From assembly GCA_039798785.1 (NCBI GenBank), contig JBDKFG010000017.1, forward strand, positions 1 to 64,000: a DNA stretch of 64,000 nucleotides. The letters run 5' to 3'. The DNA comes from Verrucomicrobiota bacterium (lineage in GTDB: Bacteria; Verrucomicrobiota; Lentisphaeria; Lentisphaerales; Lentisphaeraceae). Below the pieces are notes generated by a model. The model was not told the origin of the DNA. It saw nothing but the letters and a program-made list of their open reading frames with translations, and made no database searches. Positions 54,601 through 63,929 of this stretch are shown one piece after another. How positions within the stretch are numbered: position 1 is the stretch's first letter; every line of letters starts with the position of its first letter. The position numbers and the translations under genes were made by a program.

Positions 54601-54782
54601 TCGCGCAGCTCCTTGGTGGCGGCGTCGGTGAAGGTGACGACGAGGATGTCCTCGGGCTTGTGCCCGGCGAGGATGAAATGCAGGTAGAGAGCGGCGATCG
54701 AATAGGTCTTGCCGGTGCCGGCCGAGGCTTCGATCAGGCAGCTGCCGGTTTGCGGAGGGCGCAGCAGGTCGAGGGTTTTCAT
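51603..54782 (-). CDS. recB: Exodeoxyribonuclease V beta subunit
   Basis: IEASAGTGKT, DEFQDTD, GDPKQSIY.FRGAD, HSSKGLEF, YVGLTRA, nuclease G..DL..DWKTN..Y.LQ. Confidence 0.94.
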   Translation of the reverse strand: MKTLDLLRPPQTGSCLIEASAGTGKTYSIAALYLHFILAGHKPEDILVVTFTDAATKELRDRLRSRLFEAAADPDGCVDAPLLRLYPDPQLKLRAALLDIDRASIFTIHSFCQRVLQNYAFECDSPFGVELLTDSSQVDTEILQGWLRREIYPLDPGEKVDLAAWMPLLKSILMKQRQLSTLPPIENLPPGFESLQKFAQQIAGLEAREKEARAFMTYDDLISQLHKALTLLPQREGLKAALRRDYKAALVDEFQDTDRRQYEIFKCLFGDHPGSFFSMIGDPKQSIYRFRGADINSYLQASADADMHFSLGTNYRSELAYGSELNRFYLASPDPFLLQKRIDYQAVEYRPAAKRSGFLRDPQNLLLGRRLHFLGAGTPGNKSECGDLVRDQVIEQIEALLAGGLSFEKDGVSRPLLPSDIAILVRKHDEGRELQQGLRRRGLKAVTGKSGSIFASAEASDLLAVLSAIHQPGSAEIRRALASRYFGLAADQLAGIKDADLNRYAELFRQARQRWLQRGIFPMLTRFAEQNAFLSRLAAHPMGERILTNYQHLGEILHRHEVERRCGPEELLAFLSKSIREPGKDDENAQRLESDGDAIRILTVHSSKGLEFPIVFLPSFWHDHIKADKGIHELRDGQGRSRLQFLDKKAAESEPSLRHGALAEDARLLYVGLTRAANACFVALPDYVNKRFKVWKSEVGDSALAQHFGKHSRDEILQALEGLGLGLSSPLHAPCAVAPPSQAAEQVAIRPLPFPEERTPGLSSRIQSFSALTRHASHSQVEILADKNDDPDAAPLPLKDPGARQIRQKTWGMCGPRQVRRSADYGNAIHSAFESADFGKESSWRPALIRSLRSNGFVAETQESEIPEHLQLLENTLRAEIPDPFAQGNSLRLSQIPINERVAEMEFHFRLQGDAAGLRSFFLSRGGLFAQYSEHLPDFRPDQLQGLMNGKADLIFRHQGRYYILDWKTNDLAKHPVLTLAQAAHAEMLTAHYILQYHIYAAALQLHLQRCLGASYSAEQHFGGIIYPFVRYAHRPGGIYLDRPAPAEIAAFTSLLSPS

Positions 54783-57700
54783 GGGCGGCTCCCGGTCGGG
54801 TTGGCGGCTGGCAGGAGACAGGCGAGCTGACTTCGGATTTCGGAGGTCCACGGAGTCTCGTCGCCGAAACAGAGGGAGAAGAAGGGGTCTTTGGAACTTG
54901 CCGGCACTTGGTTCTTGAAGCCGCCATGCCAGAGCTCATGCCAGTCGGGGGATCCGCCAATAAGCTCGGCCAGCACCTTTTCCGAGATCGGCAGGGGGCG
55001 AGTGAGGCCTTCCAGGGCAAGCTCGAGAAGACGCGTCAAAGCCAGCGGCGACTCGATCCTGTGGCTCGAGTCCGGTGCGTGCAGGCTGTAGACGCCGTCG
55101 GGAAAGCGTTTGGCGAATGCGGCGGCGGCCGCCCAGTGACGGACGAGGTGGTACGGCTTTTTCAGCTTCGCACCCTTTTCGTCCATCAGATCTGAGAGGC
55201 AGCGGGCCTGCCATACGGGCTCGACCGGCATTTCCGCCTCGAAGAAGATCCTGACGCCGTCGACAGAGTGGGTCAATGCGAAGCTGCTGAATCCGGTGGC
55301 GGGGCTGAGCGGCTTCTGCGCCAGCTGCCGCATCGGCAGGAGGCAGCTCTGCAGCACTCCGCTTCTTTCGGCGGAGCGGAAGGGGAGGTCGCCGGCGCGT
55401 CGGAGTGCCAGGATGCGGAGCGTCTCGGCATCGGTCCTGCCCGCGTCGATCAGCTCCAACATCTGCTGTTTCAATCCATGCTGCGCGAGTTCGCCGGGGG
55501 TGGCGAAGCATTCCGCGTCTTCGATGCCGTCCTCATCGCGTCCCGCCAGGTAGAGTCCGAGGCGTTTTTCACAGAAGAAGCGAGGTCCGTTGCGCAGCAG
55601 AGATTCGAGATCGCGGAGGTTGAGGAATAGGCCTTCCTGGCGCCATTCACCGGGGATCGGCAGGGGCTCCGGGCAGAAGCGCGGCGGGGCTGCGCCGCGG
55701 AGGAGATCGCGGCAGGCCTGCGCGGTGCTTGCGGCGTAGCTGCCGGCGCCCAGGAAGGTGAGGGGCGAGAAGGAATGCATCGGCGGTTGATGGATCCAGG
55801 TAGTGCCGTCAGGAGCTTCGCCGAGGCAGGATAGCAGCTCGGCCACCGGCGTGGCGGGCGGCAGGGATTCCTCCTTTTGCGGGTCGCGCCCGACCCAGGA
55901 GAGGAAGAGATTGCGGCGCGCCGCCATCAGGGTTTCGAGGAAGAGGAATCGGTCGTCGGCGCTGGCGGAACGGTCGCCGAGGCGAGGGTCGCGGCGCATC
56001 AGGTTGAAGGAGCTGAGCCGGTCCTGGCGGGGGAAGCCCCCTTCGTTCATGCCGATCATCGCGATCACCTGAGCAGGGATCGAGCGCATCGGAAGGAGCC
56101 GGGCGAGAGTGATGCCGCCGCGAATGAAGCCGGCGGCGCTGTCGTCAGGGCTTTCCAGGTATTCCTGCAGCGCGGCACGCAGCACCGGAGCCTCCAAAGC
56201 CTGGCTGAAATCCGCCTCGCGCCAGGCGTTGGCCAGGTAGCCGAGGCCGCGATGCAGGTCAGAAAGGTCGCGGCGGAGTTCCTGATCCTCAGGCGGCGCG
56301 GCGAAGAAATCCTCGAGGAGGGAGGAGAGGAGAATCTGCCACTCCTCTGGACTGTGCGGCCTTCGCAAATCGTTGCGGAGCTTGACCACGTGCTGATGGA
56401 AGCGGAGCAGGGAGTCGAGCGCCGCGGCGTCGTTGCGCGAGGTCATCGGCACGGCCGCGAGCTCGGGGAGTACCGCTTCGCCAGCGCCATACCCGCAGAT
56501 CAGCCGCTTCAAGGCCCAGTCCCATGAGAATTCGTCGAAGGCGAGACCGCAGCTTTCAAAATGATGCGCGGCGTCGAGTCCCCAATGCAGGCCGGCGTCC
56601 TTCAGCTTGGCGCGCAGCAGCAGCAGGTCGTCGGCTGCAAGCTGAAACCTTTCCGAGACGGCGGGAAATTCAAGGATGTCGAGCAGTTCCGAAGCCGTGC
56701 AGCGGCTGCTGTCGAGTCCAAGCAGGTTCAGAAGTACCGCTGCGGCAGGAGACAGCCGGACGCCGCCGCCGTCGGCGATGCTGAGGGGAAGGCTTCTCGG
56801 TTCGGTGCGGCTGAACACCGCCTGCACCAGGGGCGCGTAGGTCTCCAGATCGGGAGTGAGGATGAGCACGTCCTCGCTTCGCAGTCCAGGGTCGAGCGCG
56901 AATTGACGAAGGAGGAACTCCCTCAGGATCTCGACCTCGCGGAGTGGGGATCGGCATGAATGGAAGCCGAGAGAGTCGTCGCCCGAGGCGGCGGCGGAGA
57001 AGGAGTATAGCGGCGGCGAGAAAGCAGTCAATTCAGGGGTCGAGGTCAGCACCGCCTGCTGGAGCTTGAGGAGGTTGCTTTCCTCGGGGGGGGGCGGGGA
57101 ATCGAGGAAGTTGATGTCGCAGAGCGACGCCTCTCCTTCTGGTGTGACCTCGTCAAGTTCGAGAAGCTGATTGAGAAGATCCTTGCCCTGGCGCCCCCAG
57201 GCTCCCAGAAGTGGGTGGTCGATCAATCCGCCGCGCTGGCCGCTGCACAGGGCGAGTCGGGCGCTGCGGCGTGAGTCCGCCCCCCAGAACTCCTGCGAGG
57301 GATTGAAGGCGAAGAGCGACACCTGGCGAAGCCGGCCGAGGTGGGCGAAAAAGCGGAGGAAGTCGGGAGGCAGGGCGGCCATGCCGAAGATGGAGATCCG
57401 TTCCGGCAAGCGCGATTCGGCGAGGAGCTTGCCGACTTCGGCAAGGGGCGTTTTCAGGAACTGGTGGATCGCGCCGGTGAGACAGAGCGCGCGGCTTTCG
57501 GGACGGTTCTGGCTTACCTGCCGGAGGAGTCGGCTCTGCCAATTTTCGATTTCCGCAGGCAGCCCTGCCGAGCTTCCGCCCCGGCCGGGACGCCCTTGCC
57601 GCCACATTTCGATCAAATCCTGGTAGCGGAAGAGCTGATAGTCGTCAAACACCTGGGCCAGCTGCGTGGATAGACGGAAGGCGCGCAGGGAATCTCCTTT

Positions 57701-58096
57701 GACATAGCCATCGAGCACGGGACTTTCGCTGGGCTCGACCGCGTCGCTGTTTCTCTGCAGCGCCGCGAGGATTCTCCAGGCCAGCATTTCCCGGTCGAGC
57801 CAGGGGCGTTCCGCTGCAAAGCCTCCAGGCCCCCAGAAAGGTAGGCTCCGACCCGACTGCGGCTCCATGCAGCGGCAGGCGACCAGGACTTGCTCGATAA
57901 AGGCGCGGGGGTTGGGCAGGTACAAGTGTGCAGAGATCCCATCCGCCTTGGTCAGCTCGAGCTGAAGCCAACGTGCCATGCCTTGCGACTGGACGAGAAG
58001 AATCTCCGGGGCCAAAGGATCTCGGCGATGATCGAGCACTCGGCGCAGATGCCCGAAAAGATCTTCGGTGCGGTGCGAGAAGTAGGTGCTGAGCAT
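54779..58096 (-). CDS. recC: Exodeoxyribonuclease V gamma subunit
   Basis: ILLVQSQGMARWL, FDDYQ.FR, NPS.EFW, REVEIL, PMRSIP, GMNEG.FPR, DRFLFLE; start moved to 58096. Confidence 0.92.
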   Translation of the reverse strand: MLSTYFSHRTEDLFGHLRRVLDHRRDPLAPEILLVQSQGMARWLQLELTKADGISAHLYLPNPRAFIEQVLVACRCMEPQSGRSLPFWGPGGFAAERPWLDREMLAWRILAALQRNSDAVEPSESPVLDGYVKGDSLRAFRLSTQLAQVFDDYQLFRYQDLIEMWRQGRPGRGGSSAGLPAEIENWQSRLLRQVSQNRPESRALCLTGAIHQFLKTPLAEVGKLLAESRLPERISIFGMAALPPDFLRFFAHLGRLRQVSLFAFNPSQEFWGADSRRSARLALCSGQRGGLIDHPLLGAWGRQGKDLLNQLLELDEVTPEGEASLCDINFLDSPPPPEESNLLKLQQAVLTSTPELTAFSPPLYSFSAAASGDDSLGFHSCRSPLREVEILREFLLRQFALDPGLRSEDVLILTPDLETYAPLVQAVFSRTEPRSLPLSIADGGGVRLSPAAAVLLNLLGLDSSRCTASELLDILEFPAVSERFQLAADDLLLLRAKLKDAGLHWGLDAAHHFESCGLAFDEFSWDWALKRLICGYGAGEAVLPELAAVPMTSRNDAAALDSLLRFHQHVVKLRNDLRRPHSPEEWQILLSSLLEDFFAAPPEDQELRRDLSDLHRGLGYLANAWREADFSQALEAPVLRAALQEYLESPDDSAAGFIRGGITLARLLPMRSIPAQVIAMIGMNEGGFPRQDRLSSFNLMRRDPRLGDRSASADDRFLFLETLMAARRNLFLSWVGRDPQKEESLPPATPVAELLSCLGEAPDGTTWIHQPPMHSFSPLTFLGAGSYAASTAQACRDLLRGAAPPRFCPEPLPIPGEWRQEGLFLNLRDLESLLRNGPRFFCEKRLGLYLAGRDEDGIEDAECFATPGELAQHGLKQQMLELIDAGRTDAETLRILALRRAGDLPFRSAERSGVLQSCLLPMRQLAQKPLSPATGFSSFALTHSVDGVRIFFEAEMPVEPVWQARCLSDLMDEKGAKLKKPYHLVRHWAAAAAFAKRFPDGVYSLHAPDSSHRIESPLALTRLLELALEGLTRPLPISEKVLAELIGGSPDWHELWHGGFKNQVPASSKDPFFSLCFGDETPWTSEIRSQLACLLPAANPTGSRP

Positions 58097-58223
58097 GAGT
58101 CGATCCTGAAAGCTTGTTTTGAGCCTTGCCATTATCGACTCGAATGGAGCCAAGTCAACAAGCAACTCGGTTCGGACGGTTTCGCCGTTGGAGGTGCCAA
58201 GCTTGCAGCCCTTCTGAATCGAG

Positions 58224-59045
58224 TCAATTTTCCGGTTCTTGCCGCCAAGCCGACGGGCTGCGGCCGAGTTTTGCCTTGAAGCGGCGATGGAACCAGGAGG
58301 CGCTGCGCCAGCCGTGGGCGGCGAGGATCTCTCCCAGCGGCGCGGAACTTTGACGCAAGGCTTCACAGGTGGTGGCGAGGCGGATCTCGTCGACGTAGTC
58401 GAGGTAGGAAATGCCCATTGCGTTGCGGAAGAAGCGGCAGAACGAGGGGAGGGAAACTCCCAGGAAGCCGGCGGCCTCGGCACTGGAGAGAGGATAGTCG
58501 AGACGCTGGTGCGTCCAATTCAAGAGCCTGTCGAGTCGCTGGGTGACGTCGCGGCGTAGCTCCGGGCATTCCTTGTCGAGGAGGATGGTGGACGGCGCCG
58601 TGGCGAGGGGCAGGAGAAGCTTGCCGAGGCGTTTCGCCTGGAGGGGGTGAGGTTCGGGCAGTTTGCTCCACTGGCTTGCGGTTTTCCCGGCGTCGAAGCG
58701 CAGGCCGCGCGGGGCGCGTTCGAGGAGGGACTGAGCCGCGGCTTCGGGGAGCAGACGGGCGATGGCGGCGGCGGGGATTTGCAGCACCACGGCGCTGTTC
58801 CAGGGATCCCGGCCGGAGTCGATCGATTGCCAGGCGTGGGCCAGTTGCGGGCCGAGGAGAAAGAGGTCGCCCGGCACCCAGCTCAAGACCCGCTCGCCGA
58901 TCATCAGCAGGCCGCGGCCCGCTTCGATGTAGACCAGCTCCAGCTCGGCGTGGTAGTGGCGGAAATAGCCGAAGCTCGCCTCCGCCCGCCGGAAACAACG
59001 GAAGGACTGTTCGGGGATCTTCAGGACTTGCCGTTGCGCTTTCAT
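58224..59045 (-). CDS. AraC family regulator (cupin + HTH)
   Basis: HYHAELEL, GDLFLLG..LAH, FCRFF, F...F....G.SP..WR. Confidence 0.88.
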   Translation of the reverse strand: MKAQRQVLKIPEQSFRCFRRAEASFGYFRHYHAELELVYIEAGRGLLMIGERVLSWVPGDLFLLGPQLAHAWQSIDSGRDPWNSAVVLQIPAAAIARLLPEAAAQSLLERAPRGLRFDAGKTASQWSKLPEPHPLQAKRLGKLLLPLATAPSTILLDKECPELRRDVTQRLDRLLNWTHQRLDYPLSSAEAAGFLGVSLPSFCRFFRNAMGISYLDYVDEIRLATTCEALRQSSAPLGEILAAHGWRSASWFHRRFKAKLGRSPSAWRQEPEN

Positions 59046-59056
59046 CGGGGATTCAG

Positions 59057-59152
59057 GAGTTAAGAGTTAAGAGTTAAGAGTTAAGAGTTAAGAGTTAAGA
59101 GTTAAGAGTTAAGAGTTAAGAGTTAAGAGTTAAGAGTTAAGAGTTAAGAGTT
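59057..59152. repeat. Perfect heptamer VNTR (GAGTTAA)13 + GAGTT
   Basis: Directly visible in the sequence. Confidence 0.97.
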
Positions 59153-59281
59153 GGGAGAGCCAGGGCGGACGGAGCGTATTCTGCCTGCGTCTCACTGTAC
59201 TGGCTATATGACGGATTTTAACAGTGATCGGGAGGCATTCTGGCGGGATCTTAGCTCCCAAGACCAACCCGCGAGGTTCCG

Positions 59282-61528
59282 ATGAGATTCCAGCTGCCGA
59301 TTTATGCCGTTCTTGCCGCCGCCGCCTTCACCGCCTGCAGCCAGGCGAAGCCGGGGGCAGCCGCCCAGGAGGCCAAGCCGGCGCCGCTTGATTACAACCG
59401 CGACATCCGGCCCATCCTGTCGGACCGCTGTCTCGGCTGCCACGGACGCGAGGAGGAGCACCGCGAGGCGGATTTGCGCCTCGACCGCGCCGACATCGCC
59501 ACCGCCAAGCGCGAGGACGGCACCTTTGCCATCGTCCCGGGCAAGCCGGAGGAGAGCGAGGCCTGGCTCCGCATCCTCAGCGACGACCCGGAGGAGATGA
59601 TGCCGCCGCGGAAGTCCGGCAAGCCCCGCCTCACCGACGCCGAAAAGGCCCTGATGAAACGCTGGATCGCCGAGGGCGCCGTCTACCAGGAGCACTGGGC
59701 CTTTGTGCCGCCGCAGAAGGCGGCCCTGCCGCAGCCGGGAAATCCCGTCGACGCCTTTGTCCGGGACCGCCTCAAGCAAGCCGGCCTGGAGCTCTCTCCC
59801 GAGGCCGAGCGGGCGACCTTGCTGCGCCGGCTGAGCCTGGTCCTCACCGGACTGCCGCCGAGCCCCGAGGAGATCGCGGCCTTTTGCGCCGATCGCGATC
59901 CCGACGCCTATTCGAAGCAGGTCGAACGCCTCCTCGCCTCGCCGCGCTTCGGCGAGCACTTTGCCAGCGCCTGGCTCGATCTCGCCCGTTATGCCGACAC
60001 CAATGGCTATCTCGCCGACAACTTGCGCACGCCCTGGCCCTGGCGCGACTGGGTGATCAAGGCGATCAACGATGACCTGCCCTATGACCAGTTCATCACC
60101 CAGCAAATCGCCGGCGACCGCTTGCCCGGCGCCACCCAGGAGCAGATCCTCGCCACCGGCTTCCTCCGGGCTCATCCCCTCTCCACCGAGGGCGGCACCA
60201 TCGCCGCCGAATACCTGATGGAATACGCCGCCGACCGGGTCACCACCTTCGGCACCGCAGTGCTCGGCCTGAGCGTCGGCTGCGCCCGCTGCCACGACCA
60301 CAAGTACGACCCGATCAACCAGGCCGATTTCTACAGCCTGATGGCCTACTTCAATTCCAGCACCGAGAAGCACCACGAGAACAACCAGAGCACCGCCTTC
60401 CCGCCCCTGATCGAATGCGCCTCGCCCCTGCAGCCGGGCGGTGCCAGGGTGAAGGTGATGGTGATGGACGAGGCGAAACAAGCCAAGCCCACCTTCGTCC
60501 ACACCCGCGGCCAATACGATGCGCCCGACGCAAAACGCCCGGTCAGCCGCCGTCCGCCCGAGTTCATCAGCGGTGCCAAGGAGAAATTCGCCGCCGATCG
60601 CCTCGGGCTGGCGCAGTGGACCTTCAGCGAGGCGAATCCCCTCGCCGCGCGGGTCGAGGTCAACCGCTTGTGGATGCTCCTCTTTGGCAGCGGCCTGGTC
60701 CGGACCCAGGAGGATTTCGGTCTGCAAGGCGAATATCCGAGCCATCGCGAGCTGCTCGACTGGCTGGCGGTCGAATTCCGCCAGCAGAAGTGGAGCCGCA
60801 AGCAGCTCCTCCGCCTCATTGTCAGCTCCGCCACCTTCCGCCAAAGCTCGGTGCGGACGCCGCAGATTCTCGCCCGGGATCCCGATGGGCGCCTGCTCGC
60901 CTGTTTCCCGCGTCACCGCCTCCGCGCCGAAGCGGTGCGTGACCAGGCCCTGGCTCTGAGCGGCCTCCTGGTCGAAAAGCTCGGTGGCGCCCCGGTGAAG
61001 CCGCCGCAGCCGCTCGGACTCTGGGAGGAGAAGGCCAACGAGGGCAGCACTACAAAGGTCTTCGTCGCCGACACCGGCGAGGCGGTGTATCGCCGCAGCC
61101 TCTACATCTTCAGCAAGCGCAACGCGCCCTCGCCGCAGATGAGCATCTTCGACCAGCCCGAACGCAGCTCCTGCAATGTCCGCCGCAACTGCGCCAACAC
61201 TCCGCTGCAGGCCTTGATGCTGCTCAACGAAACCCAGATCCTCGAAGCCTCCCGCGCCCTCGCCGGCCGCTGCCTCCAGGAAGGTTCGGACGAAGCCGCC
61301 TTGAACCGCCTCTGGCTGCTCTGCACCGGCAAGATCCCAGATGCGGCCAGCCGCATGCTTCTCCAGCAGGCCCAGCTCGACTTCCAGAAGCGCTATTCGG
61401 GACGCGACAAGGATGCGCAAGCTCTCGCCCAGAAACTGACACAGAACCACGCGCCAGCCCGCGCCGCCGCCTGGGTCCTCCTCGCCAACGCCGCCCTCAA
61501 CGCCGACGAAACGCTTTGCGTGCAGTAG
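59282..61528 (+). CDS. Planctomycete cytochrome c / PSCyt2 (DUF1549) / PSD1 (DUF1553) protein
   Basis: CLGCH, HWAF, WLDLARYADT.G, CARCHDHKYDP, NPL.ARV.VNR.W, NTPLQAL. Confidence 0.92.
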   Translation: MRFQLPIYAVLAAAAFTACSQAKPGAAAQEAKPAPLDYNRDIRPILSDRCLGCHGREEEHREADLRLDRADIATAKREDGTFAIVPGKPEESEAWLRILSDDPEEMMPPRKSGKPRLTDAEKALMKRWIAEGAVYQEHWAFVPPQKAALPQPGNPVDAFVRDRLKQAGLELSPEAERATLLRRLSLVLTGLPPSPEEIAAFCADRDPDAYSKQVERLLASPRFGEHFASAWLDLARYADTNGYLADNLRTPWPWRDWVIKAINDDLPYDQFITQQIAGDRLPGATQEQILATGFLRAHPLSTEGGTIAAEYLMEYAADRVTTFGTAVLGLSVGCARCHDHKYDPINQADFYSLMAYFNSSTEKHHENNQSTAFPPLIECASPLQPGGARVKVMVMDEAKQAKPTFVHTRGQYDAPDAKRPVSRRPPEFISGAKEKFAADRLGLAQWTFSEANPLAARVEVNRLWMLLFGSGLVRTQEDFGLQGEYPSHRELLDWLAVEFRQQKWSRKQLLRLIVSSATFRQSSVRTPQILARDPDGRLLACFPRHRLRAEAVRDQALALSGLLVEKLGGAPVKPPQPLGLWEEKANEGSTTKVFVADTGEAVYRRSLYIFSKRNAPSPQMSIFDQPERSSCNVRRNCANTPLQALMLLNETQILEASRALAGRCLQEGSDEAALNRLWLLCTGKIPDAASRMLLQQAQLDFQKRYSGRDKDAQALAQKLTQNHAPARAAAWVLLANAALNADETLCVQ

Positions 61529-61539
61529 CCGCTGACGCG

Positions 61540-61672
61540 GATTCAAGATTCAAGATTCAAGATTCAAGATTCAAGATGAACGCCAGCTCAATTGAAGATT
61601 GAAAATCCAATATTTTGAATCTGTAATTTTGTTCCTCCTTCTCTTGAATTTTGAATCTCGAATCTTGAATTT
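61540..61672. repeat. Inverted heptamer arrays (GATTCAA)5 ... (TCTTGAA)-like
   Basis: Same heptamer family as at 30975 and 32884. Confidence 0.85.
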
Positions 61673-61688
61673 CCAAAGGAGCTCCCCC

Positions 61689-63104
61689 ATGTTCAACCGT
61701 CGTCAATTCCTGCAAGCCGGGGCCGTGGGCCTGCTTGGCAACGCCGCCCTGTCCGAGCTTTTCGCCGCCGAGGCGCCGAAGGGGCCGGGACTTCCCGGGC
61801 TGCCACACTTCCAGCCGCGGGCCAAGCGGGTGATCTATCTGACCATGGAAGGAGGGCCTTCGCAGCTCGACACCTTCGACCATAAACCCGGTTTACTCAA
61901 GCTCGCCGGTCAGGACCTGCCGCCATCGGTGCGGGGAATGCAACGGCTCACCGGCATGAGCGCAAACCAGAGCAGACTGCCGATCGGTCCCAGCCCCTTC
62001 AAATTCGAACATCACGCCAATAACCAGGACGGCATCTGGCTGCCGGAATTCCTGCGGCACACCGGCAGCGTAGCCAAGGATCTGTGCGTTATCCGCACCC
62101 TCAACACCGAGCAGATCAATCACGGTCCCGCGGTGACCTACATGCAGACCGGCTTCCAATTCCCCGGGCGGCCCTCGATGGGAGCCTGGTTGTCCTACGG
62201 GCTCGGCAGCGTCAACCGCGACCTCCCCGGCTTCGTCGTCCTGATCTCGCAAGGGGGCGGCCAGATGCAGGCGCTCTTCACCCATTTCTGGGGTTCGGGC
62301 TTCCTGCCCAGCCAGCACCAGGGGGTGCAGCTGCGCGCCGGCAAGGAGCCAGTGCTTTTCCTCAACGATCCCGAGGGCCTGGAGCGCGGCGATCGCCGCG
62401 CCCAGCTCGATCTCATCGGCGGCCTCAACCGGCTCAGCCGGGAGAAGTTCCACGATGCCGAGACCGAGGCCCGCATCGCCCAGGCGGAAATGGCCTTCCG
62501 CATGCAGTCTTCGGTGCCGGAACTGGCTGATCTCAGCAAAGAGCCTAAACACGTCCTCGATCTCTACGGGCCCGACGTCACCAAGCCCGGCACTTTTGCC
62601 TACAACTGCCTGATGGCGCGGCGCCTGGCCGAGCGCGACGTCCGCTTCATCCAGCTCTATCACCGCGGCTGGGATCAGCACGGCAACATCAACGGCGAAT
62701 TGCCCCGCCAATGCCGCGACGTCGACCAGGGCCAGGCTGCCTTGATCACCGATCTGAAGCAGCGCGGCCTCTTGGATGACACCCTGGTCATCTGGGGCGG
62801 TGAATTCGGCCGCACCTCCTATTGCCAGGGAGGCTACAACGACAAGCGCATCGGGCGCGACCACCATCCCCGCTGCTTCAGCGTCTGGGTCGCCGGCGGC
62901 GGCTTCAAGCCAGGCATCGTCCACGGCAGCACCGACGAGTTCTCCTACAACATCGCCGAGGGCGGCGTCTCGGTCAACGACTTCCACGCCACCCTGCTCC
63001 ACCAGCTCGGCGTCGACCATGTGCGCCTGTCGCAAAAAGTGCAGGGTCTCGACATGCGTCTCACCGGCGTCGCCGGCAAAGTGCGACAGGAGCTGCTGAG
63101 CTGA
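61689..63104 (+). CDS. DUF1501 protein with Tat-like signal
   Basis: NRRQFL, GGPSQLDTFD.KP, GWDQH, GEFGRT, GRDHHP; AAGGAG RBS. Confidence 0.92.
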   Translation: MFNRRQFLQAGAVGLLGNAALSELFAAEAPKGPGLPGLPHFQPRAKRVIYLTMEGGPSQLDTFDHKPGLLKLAGQDLPPSVRGMQRLTGMSANQSRLPIGPSPFKFEHHANNQDGIWLPEFLRHTGSVAKDLCVIRTLNTEQINHGPAVTYMQTGFQFPGRPSMGAWLSYGLGSVNRDLPGFVVLISQGGGQMQALFTHFWGSGFLPSQHQGVQLRAGKEPVLFLNDPEGLERGDRRAQLDLIGGLNRLSREKFHDAETEARIAQAEMAFRMQSSVPELADLSKEPKHVLDLYGPDVTKPGTFAYNCLMARRLAERDVRFIQLYHRGWDQHGNINGELPRQCRDVDQGQAALITDLKQRGLLDDTLVIWGGEFGRTSYCQGGYNDKRIGRDHHPRCFSVWVAGGGFKPGIVHGSTDEFSYNIAEGGVSVNDFHATLLHQLGVDHVRLSQKVQGLDMRLTGVAGKVRQELLS

Positions 63105-63343
63105 GTGGTGGCTGCGCTGCTCAGGGTTTCCATGGGGGTGTACTAATCCTATGATTCCGCAGCGGCCATCCCGAGGTGCGGCAATAGGGAGGGAGGATGC
63201 GGCGATGATCGAGTTTTGCGCAAGCCGCGAAGAACGCTGAGACTCACTGATGCCCAGAGTCATCGGTCAGAATGTCTTTAGCATTTCGACATGGACGTCA
63301 CTCGGCCAGGCCTAGGTCGACACCGTCGCGGCCTATTTTCGGG

Positions 63344-63775
63344 TCACAATTCCGTTCGGCGGCTGTTCCTTTCATCGGCCTCGCGGAATTCGTCGCGGCG
63401 AGCCTCTTCGCTCCAACGTTGTCGTTGTTGCTCCTCGGCCACTTCCAGGCGTTTGGTTTCGAGGCGGGCGGCCTGGAGTCGCTGCTGACAGCCGAGCAGG
63501 TGCTGGCGGGCTCGTTCGATGATGCCCTCCAAAGTCGAAAGCTTCAGTCGCAGGGCCTTGGCGTAGCGCAGCGAGGATTCAAGCTGCTGCAGGTCGAGAC
63601 GGCCGGTTCCGAGCGCCAGGGTTTCAGCTTCGCGGATCTGAAGGAGGAGGCGTTCTCGGTCGCTTTCGCGGTCGAGCATGAAGCGATGCGCCTTGGCGAC
63701 GTCGGCGCGACGGCGGTCCTCCTCCAGGTGGCGGACCTTGAGGATCCCGTGCAGGGTGAATTGAAATCGTTTCAT
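63344..63775 (-). CDS. fliJ: Flagellar export protein FliJ
   Basis: MKRFQFTL..ILKVR, coiled-coil body, C-terminal E....DE pattern; 143 aa. Confidence 0.72.
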   Translation of the reverse strand: MKRFQFTLHGILKVRHLEEDRRRADVAKAHRFMLDRESDRERLLLQIREAETLALGTGRLDLQQLESSLRYAKALRLKLSTLEGIIERARQHLLGCQQRLQAARLETKRLEVAEEQQRQRWSEEARRDEFREADERNSRRTEL

Positions 63776-63799
63776 CGGAGTCTCCTGCAAGGTCAATTC

Positions 63800-63815
63800 T
63801 CAAGTGCCGTGCCAG
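63800..63815 (-). promoter_or_regulatory. Putative sigma54 promoter of fliJ
   Basis: CTGGCACGGCACTTGA (consensus TGGCACG-N4-TTGC, with -12 GA instead of GC), about 25 bp upstream of the ATG. Confidence 0.5.
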
Positions 63816-63929
63816 AACTGGGCTAACGGCAGCTCTAGGCACCGCTGCATCGCTACACCTGAGCTTGCGTCGAAGCGGCGGGGCGATAGATTCCCGCGAT
63901 CACACTCTGAAAATCACCCGAGGTTTCCG

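Noticed and set aside
58097..58483. N-terminal extension of recC given by the ORF track
   Set aside because: Overlaps araC; RecC similarity begins at MLSTYFSHRTE
63105..63343. Possible ncRNA or sigma28 promoter (CTAAAG..CCGATGA on the minus strand)
   Set aside because: Spacing is too short for the sigma28 consensus and no convincing RNA structure is visible
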